This document shows positions 45,897 to 55,309 of a stretch of DNA of 64,000 bases, in pieces. Origin of the DNA: an uncultured virus (IMG/VR IMGVR_UViG_3300046096_000178) (Duplodnaviria > Heunggongvirae > Uroviricota > Caudoviricetes); the IMG/VR virus record IMGVR_UViG_3300046096_000178; one strand, 5' to 3'. The translations under genes were made by a program, and so were the position numbers. Below the pieces are notes generated by a model. It saw only the letters and a program-made list of their open reading frames with translations, ran no database searches and had not been told where the DNA came from. The number at the start of each line of letters is the position of its first letter. The stretch's first letter is position 1.

Positions 45897-45908
45897 GGAG
45901 TAACGAAA

Positions 45909-46577
45909 ATGCAGATAGCAACAATGGACAGCTCGCAAAAGATGTCGAGCCGTGAGATAGCAGATTTGGTTGAATCGCGTCACGATAAGGTAAAGCAGTC
46001 GATTGAGCGATTGGTAGAGCGTGGCGTGATTGTTCAACCCCCAATGGGGAATGAACCGGAAACTGACAGTATGGGCCGGGTTCGCGATGTGATGGTATAC
46101 CGACTTTCCAAGCGTGACAGTTACGTGGTTGTTGCCCAACTCTCACCCGAGTTCACGGCACGACTGGTAGACCGCTGGCAAGAGCTAGAAGCCAAGCAAG
46201 CACCAGCCATTGCGCCAATACCAAAGACACGCTTAGAGCTAGCAAAAGAAAACGTATTGCTTATCGAAGAGATAGAAGCCAAAGACGCGCTATTGCTTGA
46301 GCAAGCACCTAAAGTTGCCATCTATGAAATATTGGCAGACCGCAAACAAGACGTAAGCACTACGCTCATTGCAAAACAACTAGGCACTACGGCCATCAAA
46401 CTAAATCATTTTTTGCGTGAAAGCGGCGTGAAGTGGCTTAATGCTGATTTGCCTAAAGCTGGCTATTCTGAGTGGTTTAACGTTGTTTCTGACGTAAAAA
46501 ACGGGCACGAATTCCATCAATGTCTGATTACACCGCTGGGTCAAATAGAAATAACGAAGCTGTGGACAGCAAAATGA
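45909..46577 (+). CDS. Rha family regulator with C-terminal antirepressor (KilAC/ANT-like) domain
   Basis: MSSREIADLVESRHDKVK...VAQLSPEFTARLVDRWQELE; QAPKV...IAKQLG..A.KLN.FL; GGAG RBS before ATG 45909. Confidence 0.85.
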   Translation: MQIATMDSSQKMSSREIADLVESRHDKVKQSIERLVERGVIVQPPMGNEPETDSMGRVRDVMVYRLSKRDSYVVVAQLSPEFTARLVDRWQELEAKQAPAIAPIPKTRLELAKENVLLIEEIEAKDALLLEQAPKVAIYEILADRKQDVSTTLIAKQLGTTAIKLNHFLRESGVKWLNADLPKAGYSEWFNVVSDVKNGHEFHQCLITPLGQIEITKLWTAK

Positions 46578-47383
46578 CCAAGGATGCTCGAATATCAACC
46601 GGGCTACCTGGTCACCCAAAGACCAAGAAGCTACTCAGGCGATTGGGGCATGCTGGTCCATTGGCATGCATCTACCTGTTTATATGGTCCGCGGCTAATC
46701 GAAGCGACGGCGACTTGTCCGGACTGTCAAACGAGGATATAGAACTTTCCGTCGATTGGACTGGCGAACATGGTGCATTTGTCTCTGCAATGGTAGATGT
46801 TGGTTTTTTGGATGGCGAGGAAAACCAGCTTTATATTCACGATTGGTCAGAGCATAACCCGTGGGCGGCTGGTGCAAAGGATAGGTCCGAAGCGTCACGA
46901 TTTGCAGCTTTATGCAAGCGATATGGACGCAATGAAGCTGCGAACCGCATGCCAGATTATGCGGACCGCATGCGAGGCGCATCCGAACCGCACACGGACC
47001 GCATGCGAGGCGGATGCGAGGCGGATGCCCCGTCTCCGTCTCCGTCTCCGTCTCCGTCTCCAATACCGTTACCGTTACCGTTACCAAAGATAGAGAAGAC
47101 AAAGACAGCGCGCGGTTCCCGCTTGCCTCAAGACTTTGAACCTGACTTTCAATTTGCTATTGATCAAGGCATATCCAACACATTGGAAGAGGCAAGCAAG
47201 TTTCGTGATTACTGGAATTCACAGCCTGGACAAAAAGGAGTCAAGCTAGATTGGCAGGCAACATGGCGCAACTGGTGCAGGAGTAATTACAGAACCGATA
47301 TCAAAACCCAAGCGAAGCGCACGTATCACGATATTTCAGCAATGAACTACACACAAGGAGTTAATGATGACGGAAGTTTTTGA
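46574..47383 (+). CDS. Replication initiator (O-like) with internal origin repeats
   Basis: HPKTKKL...wHTH N-terminus, internal DNA repeats, C-terminal FRDYW...K.DW.ATWRNW; upstream of DnaC. Confidence 0.8.
   Translation: MTKDARISTGLPGHPKTKKLLRRLGHAGPLACIYLFIWSAANRSDGDLSGLSNEDIELSVDWTGEHGAFVSAMVDVGFLDGEENQLYIHDWSEHNPWAAGAKDRSEASRFAALCKRYGRNEAANRMPDYADRMRGASEPHTDRMRGGCEADAPSPSPSPSPSPIPLPLPLPKIEKTKTARGSRLPQDFEPDFQFAIDQGISNTLEEASKFRDYWNSQPGQKGVKLDWQATWRNWCRSNYRTDIKTQAKRTYHDISAMNYTQGVNDDGSF
46941..47085 (+). repeat. Iteron-like repeats / putative replication origin
   Basis: CGGACCGCATGCGAGGCG x2, CGAACCGCA x2, (CCGTCT)5, (ACCGTT)3. Confidence 0.7.
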
Positions 47384-48113
47384 AACTAAGATTTGCAAAA
47401 TACATGGAGAATTTCAAGCCATGGCCACGTCCACCCTTGGGCGTACTTTTTACAGTAGTTGCCAAAGTTGCACTAAAGATTTTGAAGACATGAAAGCACA
47501 AAGAAGTGCTGCTAGAAAAGCTGAGGAATTAAAAACAACCATTGAACGCGCACGCGCAAATAGCAAAATTCCACCAAGATTCGCCAAGTGCTCTTTTGAC
47601 AACTTCAGGATTACAAACGAAGGTCAAGAGAAAGCGCTGACAGTTGCAAAGGCCTATACAGCCGATTGGACGCAAGCAAACGCCGATGGGCGCTGTTTAA
47701 TTTTCTCAGGCAAAGCAGGGACAGGGAAAACCCATTTAGCCTGCGCAATCGCTAACGAACTGATTGAGCAAGGATCGTATGCTAAGTTTTACACGGTCAC
47801 GGGTTTGCTGCGAAGAATAAAGGAGTGTTTTGCCAAAGAATCAAAAGAGACAGAATCTGAAATGATCGACAATTTTTCGCACGTTGAACTGTTGATTTTG
47901 GATGAGGCTGGGATGGATTACGGGACAGAGTTCAATAAGACACTGATGTTTGAAGTGCTGAACCGTAGGTATGAAAACATGAATCCAACCATCGTTATCA
48001 CAAACCTTGACATGGGAGCATTGAAGGAATACTTCGGTGATCGTATTCTTGATCGAATGCGTGAGGGCGGCGGGAAAATGGTTTCGTTCAATTGGGAGAG
48101 TCAAAGAAAATGA
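47364..48113 (+). CDS. DnaC/IstB-like helicase loader
   Basis: C..H...C..C N-terminus, GKAGTGKTHLA, LLILDE, RILDRM. Confidence 0.92.
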   Translation: MMTEVFETKICKIHGEFQAMATSTLGRTFYSSCQSCTKDFEDMKAQRSAARKAEELKTTIERARANSKIPPRFAKCSFDNFRITNEGQEKALTVAKAYTADWTQANADGRCLIFSGKAGTGKTHLACAIANELIEQGSYAKFYTVTGLLRRIKECFAKESKETESEMIDNFSHVELLILDEAGMDYGTEFNKTLMFEVLNRRYENMNPTIVITNLDMGALKEYFGDRILDRMREGGGKMVSFNWESQRK

Positions 48114-48277
48114 CCCGACAATACGCAGCATTGAAGTTGTTGGAGCATGGGCCGCTAATGTTGGCTGAGTTTGTGGCAATAACGGGCTGGCCGTACCAGT
48201 CAACTTACAAGGTGTTAGCCGAGCTAGTGGATATTGGAGCAATCAAGCGTCAAAGGTGGGGACGTTACAGCCTATGA
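48110..48277 (+). CDS. Small winged-helix-like protein
   Basis: MTRQYAALKLLEHGPL; ATGA overlap with DnaC. Confidence 0.55.
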   Translation: MTRQYAALKLLEHGPLMLAEFVAITGWPYQSTYKVLAELVDIGAIKRQRWGRYSL

Positions 48278-48417
48278 CCGAAGCCGACGAAGCCCTGAAA
48301 GTTCGCATAGTGGCCCACTGTGCAAACATGGCAAAGCACGACAGAGCATATGCAATTTGGGCATTCAAGCGATACTGCGAGGCGCTGCATTGGATAAACT
48401 GGAAGATTGAAAAATAA

Positions 48418-48447
48418 TTGCAAAATGTTGGTAAAATAGATTACAAT
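48418..48447 (+). promoter_or_regulatory. Sigma70-like promoter with GTAA-N6-TTAC operator
   Basis: TTGCAA-N18-TACAAT containing GTAAAATAGATTAC. Confidence 0.7.
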
Positions 48448-48473
48448 CAAGCACACCAAACAAGGAAACCAAC

Positions 48474-48665
48474 ATGACACACTTAAACGCACTGCTGATG
48501 AATCTGTCAAACGAGCGCATCCGCCTTGGTAATGCACAAACTCAATCTGAACGTGACTTGCGCACAGTGTGGGTGAAGCAACTCGAAAAAGAAGTTTCAA
48601 GCGAAGAGAAATTTGTTGGTGAAAATCAACTGAGCGATGATGAATTGCTTGCGGCCTTGGGTTAA
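48474..48665 (+). CDS. Small hypothetical protein with its own promoter
   Basis: AAGGAAAC RBS. Confidence 0.65.
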   Translation: MTHLNALLMNLSNERIRLGNAQTQSERDLRTVWVKQLEKEVSSEEKFVGENQLSDDELLAALG

Positions 48666-48670
48666 TAACA

Positions 48671-49102
48671 ATGCAATCGCTCACAATCCAACTAAGTAAC
48701 CGCCAGCAAGCGAGAGCAGCATTGCAATCGCAGCTATACCCGTTCCTTGCAGCCGTGTTGCAAGCAGATCAGCGATTTACGTTGGAAGTGCGCCCAGAGA
48801 CACGCAGCCTCAAGGAAAACGCGCTACTGCACTCCCTGCTAACTCAGATAAGCAATCAGATTGAATGGGCAGGCCAAAAGCGCGACGCTGAAACATGGAA
48901 AAGACTAATGACAGCGGCTTGGTTACGAGCTACAGGCCAGCAAGTGGAGATACTTCCTGCAATCGACGGGCATGGCATAGATGTGGTGTTTCGCAAGACA
49001 AGCAAGCTAAGCCGAGCAGAATGTGCAGACTTGATTGAATTTGTACTGGCATGGTCAACAGAGCAGGGCGTAAAGTTCGCAGCATGGGAGCGCGACCTGT
49101 GA
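48671..49102 (+). CDS. ninB: NinB family recombination protein
   Basis: RSLKENALLH.LL..IS.Q.EW...E.WK.L...TSKLS..E..DLIE. Confidence 0.9.
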   Translation: MQSLTIQLSNRQQARAALQSQLYPFLAAVLQADQRFTLEVRPETRSLKENALLHSLLTQISNQIEWAGQKRDAETWKRLMTAAWLRATGQQVEILPAIDGHGIDVVFRKTSKLSRAECADLIEFVLAWSTEQGVKFAAWERDL

Positions 49103-49629
49103 CAGTTTCCCGCCCAAAAGACTGCAAGCAATGCGGCATTAGCTTTTACCCGCTGCGACCAATGCAGCGCGTGTGTTCGGCAATGTGCGCTAGTAGGCTG
49201 GTGAAGGCTGCAAAGAAGCAAGAGCGCGAGACCGTAAAGGCGCGGAAGGTGGCGATTAAGAGCCGCGCAGACTGGGCCAGGGAGGCTCAGACAGCATTTA
49301 ACGCATGGGTAAGGGCTAGAGACGCCGACAAGCCGTGCATAAGCTGCCAACGTCACCACACGGGGCAATGGCATGCAGGGCATTATCTAAGCCGTGGCGC
49401 ACGTCCTGAGCTTGCATATGAGCCAGATAACTGCCACAAACAGTGCGCACCATGCAACACGCACTTATCGGGTAACGTGGCTTTATATCGCGTCAACTTG
49501 GTGAAGCTGATAGGCCAAGAGCGCGTCGAATGGCTAGAAGGCCCACACACTGCAAAGCATTACAGTATTGACGACCTAAGAGAGATCAAAGAAACCTACA
49601 AACGAAAGCTAAAGGAGCTACAAGCATGA
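49099..49629 (+). CDS. ninG: NinG/Rap family endonuclease
   Basis: AQTAFNAWVR.RD...PCISC, AGHY.SRG, NCHKQC..CN..LSGN; likely GTG start 49099. Confidence 0.92.
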   Translation: MTVSRPKDCKQCGISFYPLRPMQRVCSAMCASRLVKAAKKQERETVKARKVAIKSRADWAREAQTAFNAWVRARDADKPCISCQRHHTGQWHAGHYLSRGARPELAYEPDNCHKQCAPCNTHLSGNVALYRVNLVKLIGQERVEWLEGPHTAKHYSIDDLREIKETYKRKLKELQA

Positions 49630-49832
49630 AAGACACAGAGCAGGAAGTCTGCAAAAACATTCTGGATCGCCAGCAATTGGGCCTTAAAAAATATGGTCGC
49701 ACAGTAGCAGGCAACCCGCTAACTGAGCGCCAATGGTTGCAACACGCTTTTGAGGAAGCACTAGACCTGTCAATCTATCTCAAGCGACTGATGCAAGAGA
49801 TGGACGCAAAGAACAGCGCACGCAAAGAATAA
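49626..49832 (+). CDS. Small MazG/NTP-pyrophosphatase-like protein
   Basis: R...G.KKYG...WLQH..EE.LD..IY. Confidence 0.5.
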   Translation: MKDTEQEVCKNILDRQQLGLKKYGRTVAGNPLTERQWLQHAFEEALDLSIYLKRLMQEMDAKNSARKE

Positions 49833-49866
49833 TTGAAAATATTTTGCAAATAGTTGGCGTAGTGCT

Positions 49867-49883
49867 GTAAATTGGTTTACAAT
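49867..49883 (+). promoter_or_regulatory. Early promoter/operator GTAA-N6-TTAC
   Basis: GTAAATTGGTTTACAAT. Confidence 0.65.
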
Positions 49884-49930
49884 TCATTCAACGCAACAAA
49901 CAACGAAAACCTTCAAAATGAAAACACCCA

Positions 49931-50089
49931 ATGCCTGAAAACCTAAAAGTCGAGTTGGCCAAGCTGACGCAACAGCCGCAACGCCAGGACGGTACTACCG
50001 ACCAATTGCGCGATCTGCATGCCTTCGCAAACAAGCTGGGCTTGTATGACGCTGCCGATCTGATCCGGTCGATGACCACCAAGTCCTGA
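49931..50089 (+). CDS. 52-aa hypothetical protein (not in the ORF track)
   Basis: MPENLKVELAKL...ANKLGLYDAADLI; downstream of the promoter motif. Confidence 0.5.
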   Translation: MPENLKVELAKLTQQPQRQDGTTDQLRDLHAFANKLGLYDAADLIRSMTTKS

Positions 50090-50111
50090 ACAAGAAATTT
50101 TCTAAATAAAT

Positions 50112-50151
50112 GTAAAAATAGTTTACACAATGATGTAAATTGCTTTATAAT
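50112..50151 (+). promoter_or_regulatory. Sigma70-like promoter with two operator-like sites
   Basis: TTTACA-N18-TATAAT; GTAA-N7-TTAC and GTAAATTGCTTTAT. Confidence 0.7.
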
Positions 50152-50186
50152 AAACACATCAACAACACAAACCCAAGGAAACCAAA

Positions 50187-50372
50187 ATGAACACTCAAGC
50201 AGCAAAAACATTCGGAGCAATCGCCTTTGCTAATGGCATCAAGTGCGCACCTTGCTTAGATAGCAACATGATGGCAATGATTGCAGGCCGCGAGATTGGA
50301 GACAAGCGCACATCAAAAGAGATGAAGGCATGGATGGCAGGATGGACAGAAGCCAACTTATCCGCCAAGTAA
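50187..50372 (+). CDS. Small hypothetical protein
   Basis: AAGGAAAC RBS; AW..GW C-terminal motif. Confidence 0.65.
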   Translation: MNTQAAKTFGAIAFANGIKCAPCLDSNMMAMIAGREIGDKRTSKEMKAWMAGWTEANLSAK

Positions 50373-50485
50373 GGAGCAAAGACCATGAACACCTATAAAA
50401 AATACTTTCGCGAACTACTGGAGGCAATGGGCATAGCTTGCTTGTTTGCCAGCCCGTTTATCGTTTACTTTATGGATATGAAGCC

Positions 50486-50701
50486 ATGAACTGCTGCGAC
50501 GCTAATGGGCAATGCATTCAAGGCAAAGATTGCCCAGCCCGTGCAACCAATACATCATGCAATGAAATAGATGAAACAATCGACCCAAGCGAGCGGATTA
50601 CTGTTTACGATTGGATTATGGATGCAATACACACCGCAGTAAGCGCAATATTGGGAGCGGCTCTTATTGGCGCAGTGTTTTATTTGTCTTGGAAGCCATA
50701 A
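50486..50701 (+). CDS. Small membrane protein with N-terminal Cys cluster
   Basis: MNCCDANGQCIQGKDCPAR, C-terminal TM helix; likely start 50486. Confidence 0.6.
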   Translation: MNCCDANGQCIQGKDCPARATNTSCNEIDETIDPSERITVYDWIMDAIHTAVSAILGAALIGAVFYLSWKP

Positions 50702-50736
50702 TTCGGCATAATCAAACCTATTGAAAAGGATACATC

Positions 50737-50952
50737 ATGGCATTCACTGAAACACAATTACAGGCAGAGCTGGCTAATGACGGCGCAGGTGCAAAGATCA
50801 CAAAGTTTTTAAACGCAGGCACAAGCACTGACGTTTACGTGCAAAACCTAAATAGCACTACAAGCGAAAAAGCAGGCTGGACACAAGTAGCCCAGACCAA
50901 CACAGCCGCACAAGCCGCAGCATTGATTCGCGCTAACCTTACTTTGCGTTAG
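50737..50952 (+). CDS. Hypothetical protein at the start of the late region
   Basis: AAAGGA RBS. Confidence 0.6.
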   Translation: MAFTETQLQAELANDGAGAKITKFLNAGTSTDVYVQNLNSTTSEKAGWTQVAQTNTAAQAAALIRANLTLR

Positions 50953-50992
50953 ATATAAAATGACGCTTTACGTCAACACGTAGGGCATCGTT

Positions 50993-51310
50993 ATGAAAAA
51001 TAAAGTAGAGAGCGGAAATTCTGCTAACTTAACCAACCGTGGCAGGGGCAGGCCCAAGGGCGCAGTAAACAAGGCCACACGCGCATTTAGAGATACGGTT
51101 AATGCTTTGCTAGAGGGCAATGCTGAAAACGTCTCAGAGTGGCTTAATGCCGTTGCTTATGGTGATGGCGACCAATTGAAGCCAGACCCAAAAGGCGCAC
51201 TGGACATTCTCAGCAAGCTGGCTGAGTACGCAACGCCTAAACTAGCACGCACTGAACTAGCGGGGGATAAAGAAGCTCCAATCGTTATCTCATGGCAGTT
51301 AGATCAATAG
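50993..51310 (+). CDS. Terminase small subunit (module B)
   Basis: GRPKGAVNK N-terminus, PKL...EL.G....PI C-terminus; overlaps terL. Confidence 0.8.
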   Translation: MKNKVESGNSANLTNRGRGRPKGAVNKATRAFRDTVNALLEGNAENVSEWLNAVAYGDGDQLKPDPKGALDILSKLAEYATPKLARTELAGDKEAPIVISWQLDQ

Positions 51311-52602
51311 TAATTCCTTACACGCCTCGCAAGGCTTTCATGCCTTTGCACACACGGCGGCAAAGGTGGGCAGTTGTTGTTGCGCATCGAAGAGCTGGCA
51401 AGACCGTGGCGTGTGTCAATCAGCTAATCAAAGAAGCGCTGACATTCAATGGCAATGACGGGCGGTTTGCCTATGTTGCGCCTTTCTATTCGCAGGCCAA
51501 GGCGGTAGCATGGGACTATCTCAAGCGATACAGCGCACCAGTGCCTGGGATCAGCATCAACGAATCAGAACTGAGAATCACTTATCCGAACGGGTGTTCT
51601 ATACGCTTGTTTGGTGCTGATAACGCTGACGCTCTGCGTGGTTTGTACTTTGATGGCGTAGTGGCCGACGAATATGGAGATTGGAAGCCGAGCGTATGGG
51701 GTTACGTTATTCGCCCTGCATTAGCTGATAGACAAGGATGGGCGGTAATCATTGGCACACCCAAGGGGCGTAATCAGTTCTGGGAGACATACGAGCACGC
51801 CAAGGTCAATGATGAATGGCTGGCACTTTGCATTAAGGCAAGTGAGTCAGGACTGTTGCCAGAGTCAGAGCTTGATTCTCTGCGCCTTGAACTAACCGAA
51901 GATGCGTGGCGGCAAGAGATGGAGTGCGACTTTGATGCTGCATTGCCAGGCGCTATCTATGGCAAGGAAATATGGCTTGCAGACCAGCAAGGGCGAATCA
52001 AGGCCGATTTGTATGACCCTGCGCTTAAAGTTCACGCTGTGCTTGACTTGGGGTGGTCAGACGATACGGCTATTTGGTGGTTCCAAGTTGGCAAAGAATT
52101 ACGACTGATTGACTGCTACAGCACGCACGGCATGCCAATATCGCATTACAACGAAGTGTTGAAGGCAAAGCCGTACGCATATGGTGATTGGCTATGGTTG
52201 CCGCATGATGCAAGGGCTAAGAGCTTGCAAACTGGTAGAAGTATCGAGGAGCAGTTTAGGGGGCTTGGATGGAAGCCTCGCATCGTTCCGCAGCTTGGCT
52301 TGATTGACGGTATACAGGCATCGCGCTTAACATTGTCAGATTGCTTTATTGACACTAAATGCGCCGACGGAATAGACGCTCTGAAACAATATCAACGTGA
52401 ATATGACGAGGATAAGAGAGCGTTTAGAGATAAGCCGCGACATGATTGGACAAGCCACTACAGTGATGCATTTAGATATGCTTGTTTGGTATGGCGAGAG
52501 GAAATGAAACCAAAACCTGCTGAGCCGCCTAAATTTTCCCAACAGCAAACCATTTCTGAGATAATACGAGCGAATTCCAAGAGAAAGCGAGATTACGAAT
52601 GA
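51292..52602 (+). CDS. terL: Terminase large subunit (module B, non-GpA type)
   Basis: HRRAGKT Walker A, LRGLYFDGVVADEY, GTPKG.N, DLGWSDDT, HDWTSH.SDAFRY. Confidence 0.95.
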   Translation: MAVRSIVIPYTPRKAFMPLHTRRQRWAVVVAHRRAGKTVACVNQLIKEALTFNGNDGRFAYVAPFYSQAKAVAWDYLKRYSAPVPGISINESELRITYPNGCSIRLFGADNADALRGLYFDGVVADEYGDWKPSVWGYVIRPALADRQGWAVIIGTPKGRNQFWETYEHAKVNDEWLALCIKASESGLLPESELDSLRLELTEDAWRQEMECDFDAALPGAIYGKEIWLADQQGRIKADLYDPALKVHAVLDLGWSDDTAIWWFQVGKELRLIDCYSTHGMPISHYNEVLKAKPYAYGDWLWLPHDARAKSLQTGRSIEEQFRGLGWKPRIVPQLGLIDGIQASRLTLSDCFIDTKCADGIDALKQYQREYDEDKRAFRDKPRHDWTSHYSDAFRYACLVWREEMKPKPAEPPKFSQQQTISEIIRANSKRKRDYE

Positions 52603-52847
52603 TTTACGGCCAGCCAGTCACCCTTACCGCTACGGGCACTATTTCCCCACGTCAAGGGAAAATATCAGGCTTTTACGTCAACTCGACAACCGTCGGGACT
52701 ATCGCACTCGCAGATTCAAATGGCGCAATTGGTGGCACGATTACCCCCGCAGTTGGATGGCACTTTTACCCAATCGGGTTTCAAGGTGCTTTATCCGCTG
52801 TGATTGGCGGCACATTGAACGTAACATTCATCGTTCAGCCCACCTAA
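52599..52847 (+). CDS. Small beta-rich protein between terL and portal
   Basis: ATGA overlap; 82 aa. Confidence 0.6.
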   Translation: MIYGQPVTLTATGTISPRQGKISGFYVNSTTVGTIALADSNGAIGGTITPAVGWHFYPIGFQGALSAVIGGTLNVTFIVQPT

Positions 52848-52850
52848 GTT

Positions 52851-55148
52851 ATGGACTACGAATCAGGCGCACTGGAAAAGCCGGAAGATGTTGGAGTAGA
52901 CCAAGCGGGCATAGTTCGCCGTTGGCTATTGGAACTAAAGCTCGCTGATAAAAGAGAATCTCAATGGCGCGAAAAGGGTGACAAGGTTCTTAAACGCTAT
53001 CGGCAAAAAGAGATTAAGAAACACAGCTTTAACATTCTTTGGTCGAATACCGAGACCATGCGCCCGGCAATCTATAACAGCTTGCCAAAACCTGATGTAC
53101 GCCGTCGGTTCAAAGATGAAGACCCAGTGGGAAAGGCTGTGAGCGAAGTTATTGGCCGCTGCCTTGAATATGGCATGGACACGACCCAGTTTGATTCTCA
53201 GATTCGGTTCTGCGTGATTGACATGCTATTGCCTGGCCGTGGATTGGCTCGCGTGCGCTATGTTCCAACCATCAACAAAGTGCAGGAAGAAACCGACACC
53301 GAGCCAACAGAAGCGTTAGATGGAGACTTTGAGGAGCTTGCTTGGGAGCAGGCACCTATTGAACACGTTCAATGGAAAGACTTCCGCATATCCGCAGGTG
53401 AATCATGGGAGTCTGTGACATGGGAAGCGTTTCGCCACCGATTGACACGCGACGAACTTGAGGAACAGTTCGGAGAGATTGGCGCATCCGTTCCATTGGA
53501 CAAGACAGATGACCCTGATGTTGAAGGCGAAAAGGACATGGACGTTGCTGAAGCGTTCAAGACTGCCGAGGTATGGGAGATATGGGACAAGGAAGAGCGC
53601 GAAGTAATCTTTATCGCCCCTGCCTATAAAGATAGCCCACTAAAGACGTTACCAGACCCGCTCGGACTAACTGGCTTCTATCCTAACCCTCGCCCTTTAT
53701 ACGCTTGCGAAGATAGTGGCACACTGATACCTACGCCGCTGTTCGAATACTACCGAGAACAGGCAGACGAACTCGACACTGTAACCCGTCGCATTAACAT
53801 CTTGGTCAAGGGATTGAAGATGCGCGGCATCTATGACTCCACGCTGTCCGAGTTGTCTGAATTGATGCGCGGCGAGGATAACGACCTGATTCCGGCTTCA
53901 AACGTCACCGCATTGTTAGAGCGTGGCGGATTGGAAAAGGCCATCTGGTTCATGCCTATCGAGCAGGCTGCCAAAGTATTGCAGATATTGCAAGTGCAGC
54001 GAGAATCATCTAAGCAGGTGATCTACGAGATTACGGGTATCAGTGACATTTTGCGCGGCTCAACCAATGCCAACGAAACACTTGGCGCTCAACAGATTAA
54101 GGCCCAATGGGGTAGCGCACGATTGAAGCGCATGCAGACCGACTGTGCTTTGTTCATTCGTGACTTGCTTCGCTTGCAATCCGAGATCATTGGAGAGCGC
54201 TTTCAGCCTGAGACATTGGCCAGTATGACGGGGCTTAAATTCCCCACTGGTGAGGAAAAGCAGCAAGCCATGATGCAATGGCAAATGCAGTCACAGCAAG
54301 CCCAGATGCAAGGCCAACAGCCTCCACCGCAGCCCGACTTACCACCAAGCTGGGATGAGATCATCCAGGTGATGCGTGATGATAAGTTGCGCACATTCAA
54401 GGTTGACGTTGAGACTGATTCGACTGTTGCCGCATCGGTTGAGTCTGACATGAAGGGATTGAGCGACACAATGAACGCTCTAAACCAAGTCATTCAAGGT
54501 TTCATGCCAGCGGTGCAAATGGGTGCTTTGCCTGTTGACGCATTGAAAGAGATGCTATTGACCGTGACACGCCGGGCAAAGATGGGCAATGCCGTGGAAG
54601 ATGCTATCGACAAGATTAAGCAGCCCCCACCGCCTCCACAAGAGCAGCAACCGCAGGACAACAGCTTGCAAGTCAAGCAAATGGAACTGCAACACAGCCA
54701 GCAAGTGGAGCAGGGCAAGTCTCAATTGGAGCAGGCCAAGCTACAACAGTCTGCCCAGATCGAGCAATTCAAGGGTGAGCAGGCTTTGCAGTTGGAGCAG
54801 GTTAAACAGCAATTCGCGCTACAGTTGGAGCAATTGAAGCAAGACGCAGAAACGCAACGCGCACAAATGAAGGCCCAGATTGATAGCGAAACCAAGTTGC
54901 AGATTGCCGGAATGAATGCTCAAGCGGCTGAGAAACCCGCCGTAAATATAGACACCGGGGCACTTACTGAGCAAGTAAAATCTCACTCTGAAAAGAGCGA
55001 CGCAAGCATGATGCAAGCGATGCAGAATTTTGGGCAGATTGCACAGGCTCTGGTAAAAACAATCGAACAAATGAACAAGCCTAAAAAACGTATGCTGCAA
55101 CGTGGGCCGGATGGCAAGGCAGTTGGCATGATTGAGGTATCAGAATAA
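52851..55148 (+). CDS. Portal protein (module B, long podovirus-like) with Gln-rich coiled-coil C-terminus
   Basis: FNILWSN, YEITGISDILRG, ETLGAQQIK motifs; 765 aa after the terminase. Confidence 0.88.
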   Translation: MDYESGALEKPEDVGVDQAGIVRRWLLELKLADKRESQWREKGDKVLKRYRQKEIKKHSFNILWSNTETMRPAIYNSLPKPDVRRRFKDEDPVGKAVSEVIGRCLEYGMDTTQFDSQIRFCVIDMLLPGRGLARVRYVPTINKVQEETDTEPTEALDGDFEELAWEQAPIEHVQWKDFRISAGESWESVTWEAFRHRLTRDELEEQFGEIGASVPLDKTDDPDVEGEKDMDVAEAFKTAEVWEIWDKEEREVIFIAPAYKDSPLKTLPDPLGLTGFYPNPRPLYACEDSGTLIPTPLFEYYREQADELDTVTRRINILVKGLKMRGIYDSTLSELSELMRGEDNDLIPASNVTALLERGGLEKAIWFMPIEQAAKVLQILQVQRESSKQVIYEITGISDILRGSTNANETLGAQQIKAQWGSARLKRMQTDCALFIRDLLRLQSEIIGERFQPETLASMTGLKFPTGEEKQQAMMQWQMQSQQAQMQGQQPPPQPDLPPSWDEIIQVMRDDKLRTFKVDVETDSTVAASVESDMKGLSDTMNALNQVIQGFMPAVQMGALPVDALKEMLLTVTRRAKMGNAVEDAIDKIKQPPPPPQEQQPQDNSLQVKQMELQHSQQVEQGKSQLEQAKLQQSAQIEQFKGEQALQLEQVKQQFALQLEQLKQDAETQRAQMKAQIDSETKLQIAGMNAQAAEKPAVNIDTGALTEQVKSHSEKSDASMMQAMQNFGQIAQALVKTIEQMNKPKKRMLQRGPDGKAVGMIEVSE

Positions 55149-55309
55149 TGGCTAATCTTGGCGGAAACCTTGGCGAATTACGCTTAGTGGTTGAAATTGT
55201 TAGAAAAGAAACGGGCAAGACTGATACCGTCGAGCTAGTTGGTTTTATTGACGAAGATAAATTGAAAGAGGCATTGAATGGCACTGACACACAGCACAGC
55301 GGCACGTAA
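55148..55309 (+). CDS. 53-aa protein coupled to the portal stop (not in the ORF track)
   Basis: TAATG overlap; MANLGGNLGELRLVVEIVRKETGKTDTVELVG... Confidence 0.55.
   Translation: MANLGGNLGELRLVVEIVRKETGKTDTVELVGFIDEDKLKEALNGTDTQHSGT

Noticed and set aside
46941..47085. CRISPR-like array
   Set aside because: The repeats are short, overlapping, intragenic and lack unique spacers; no cas genes.
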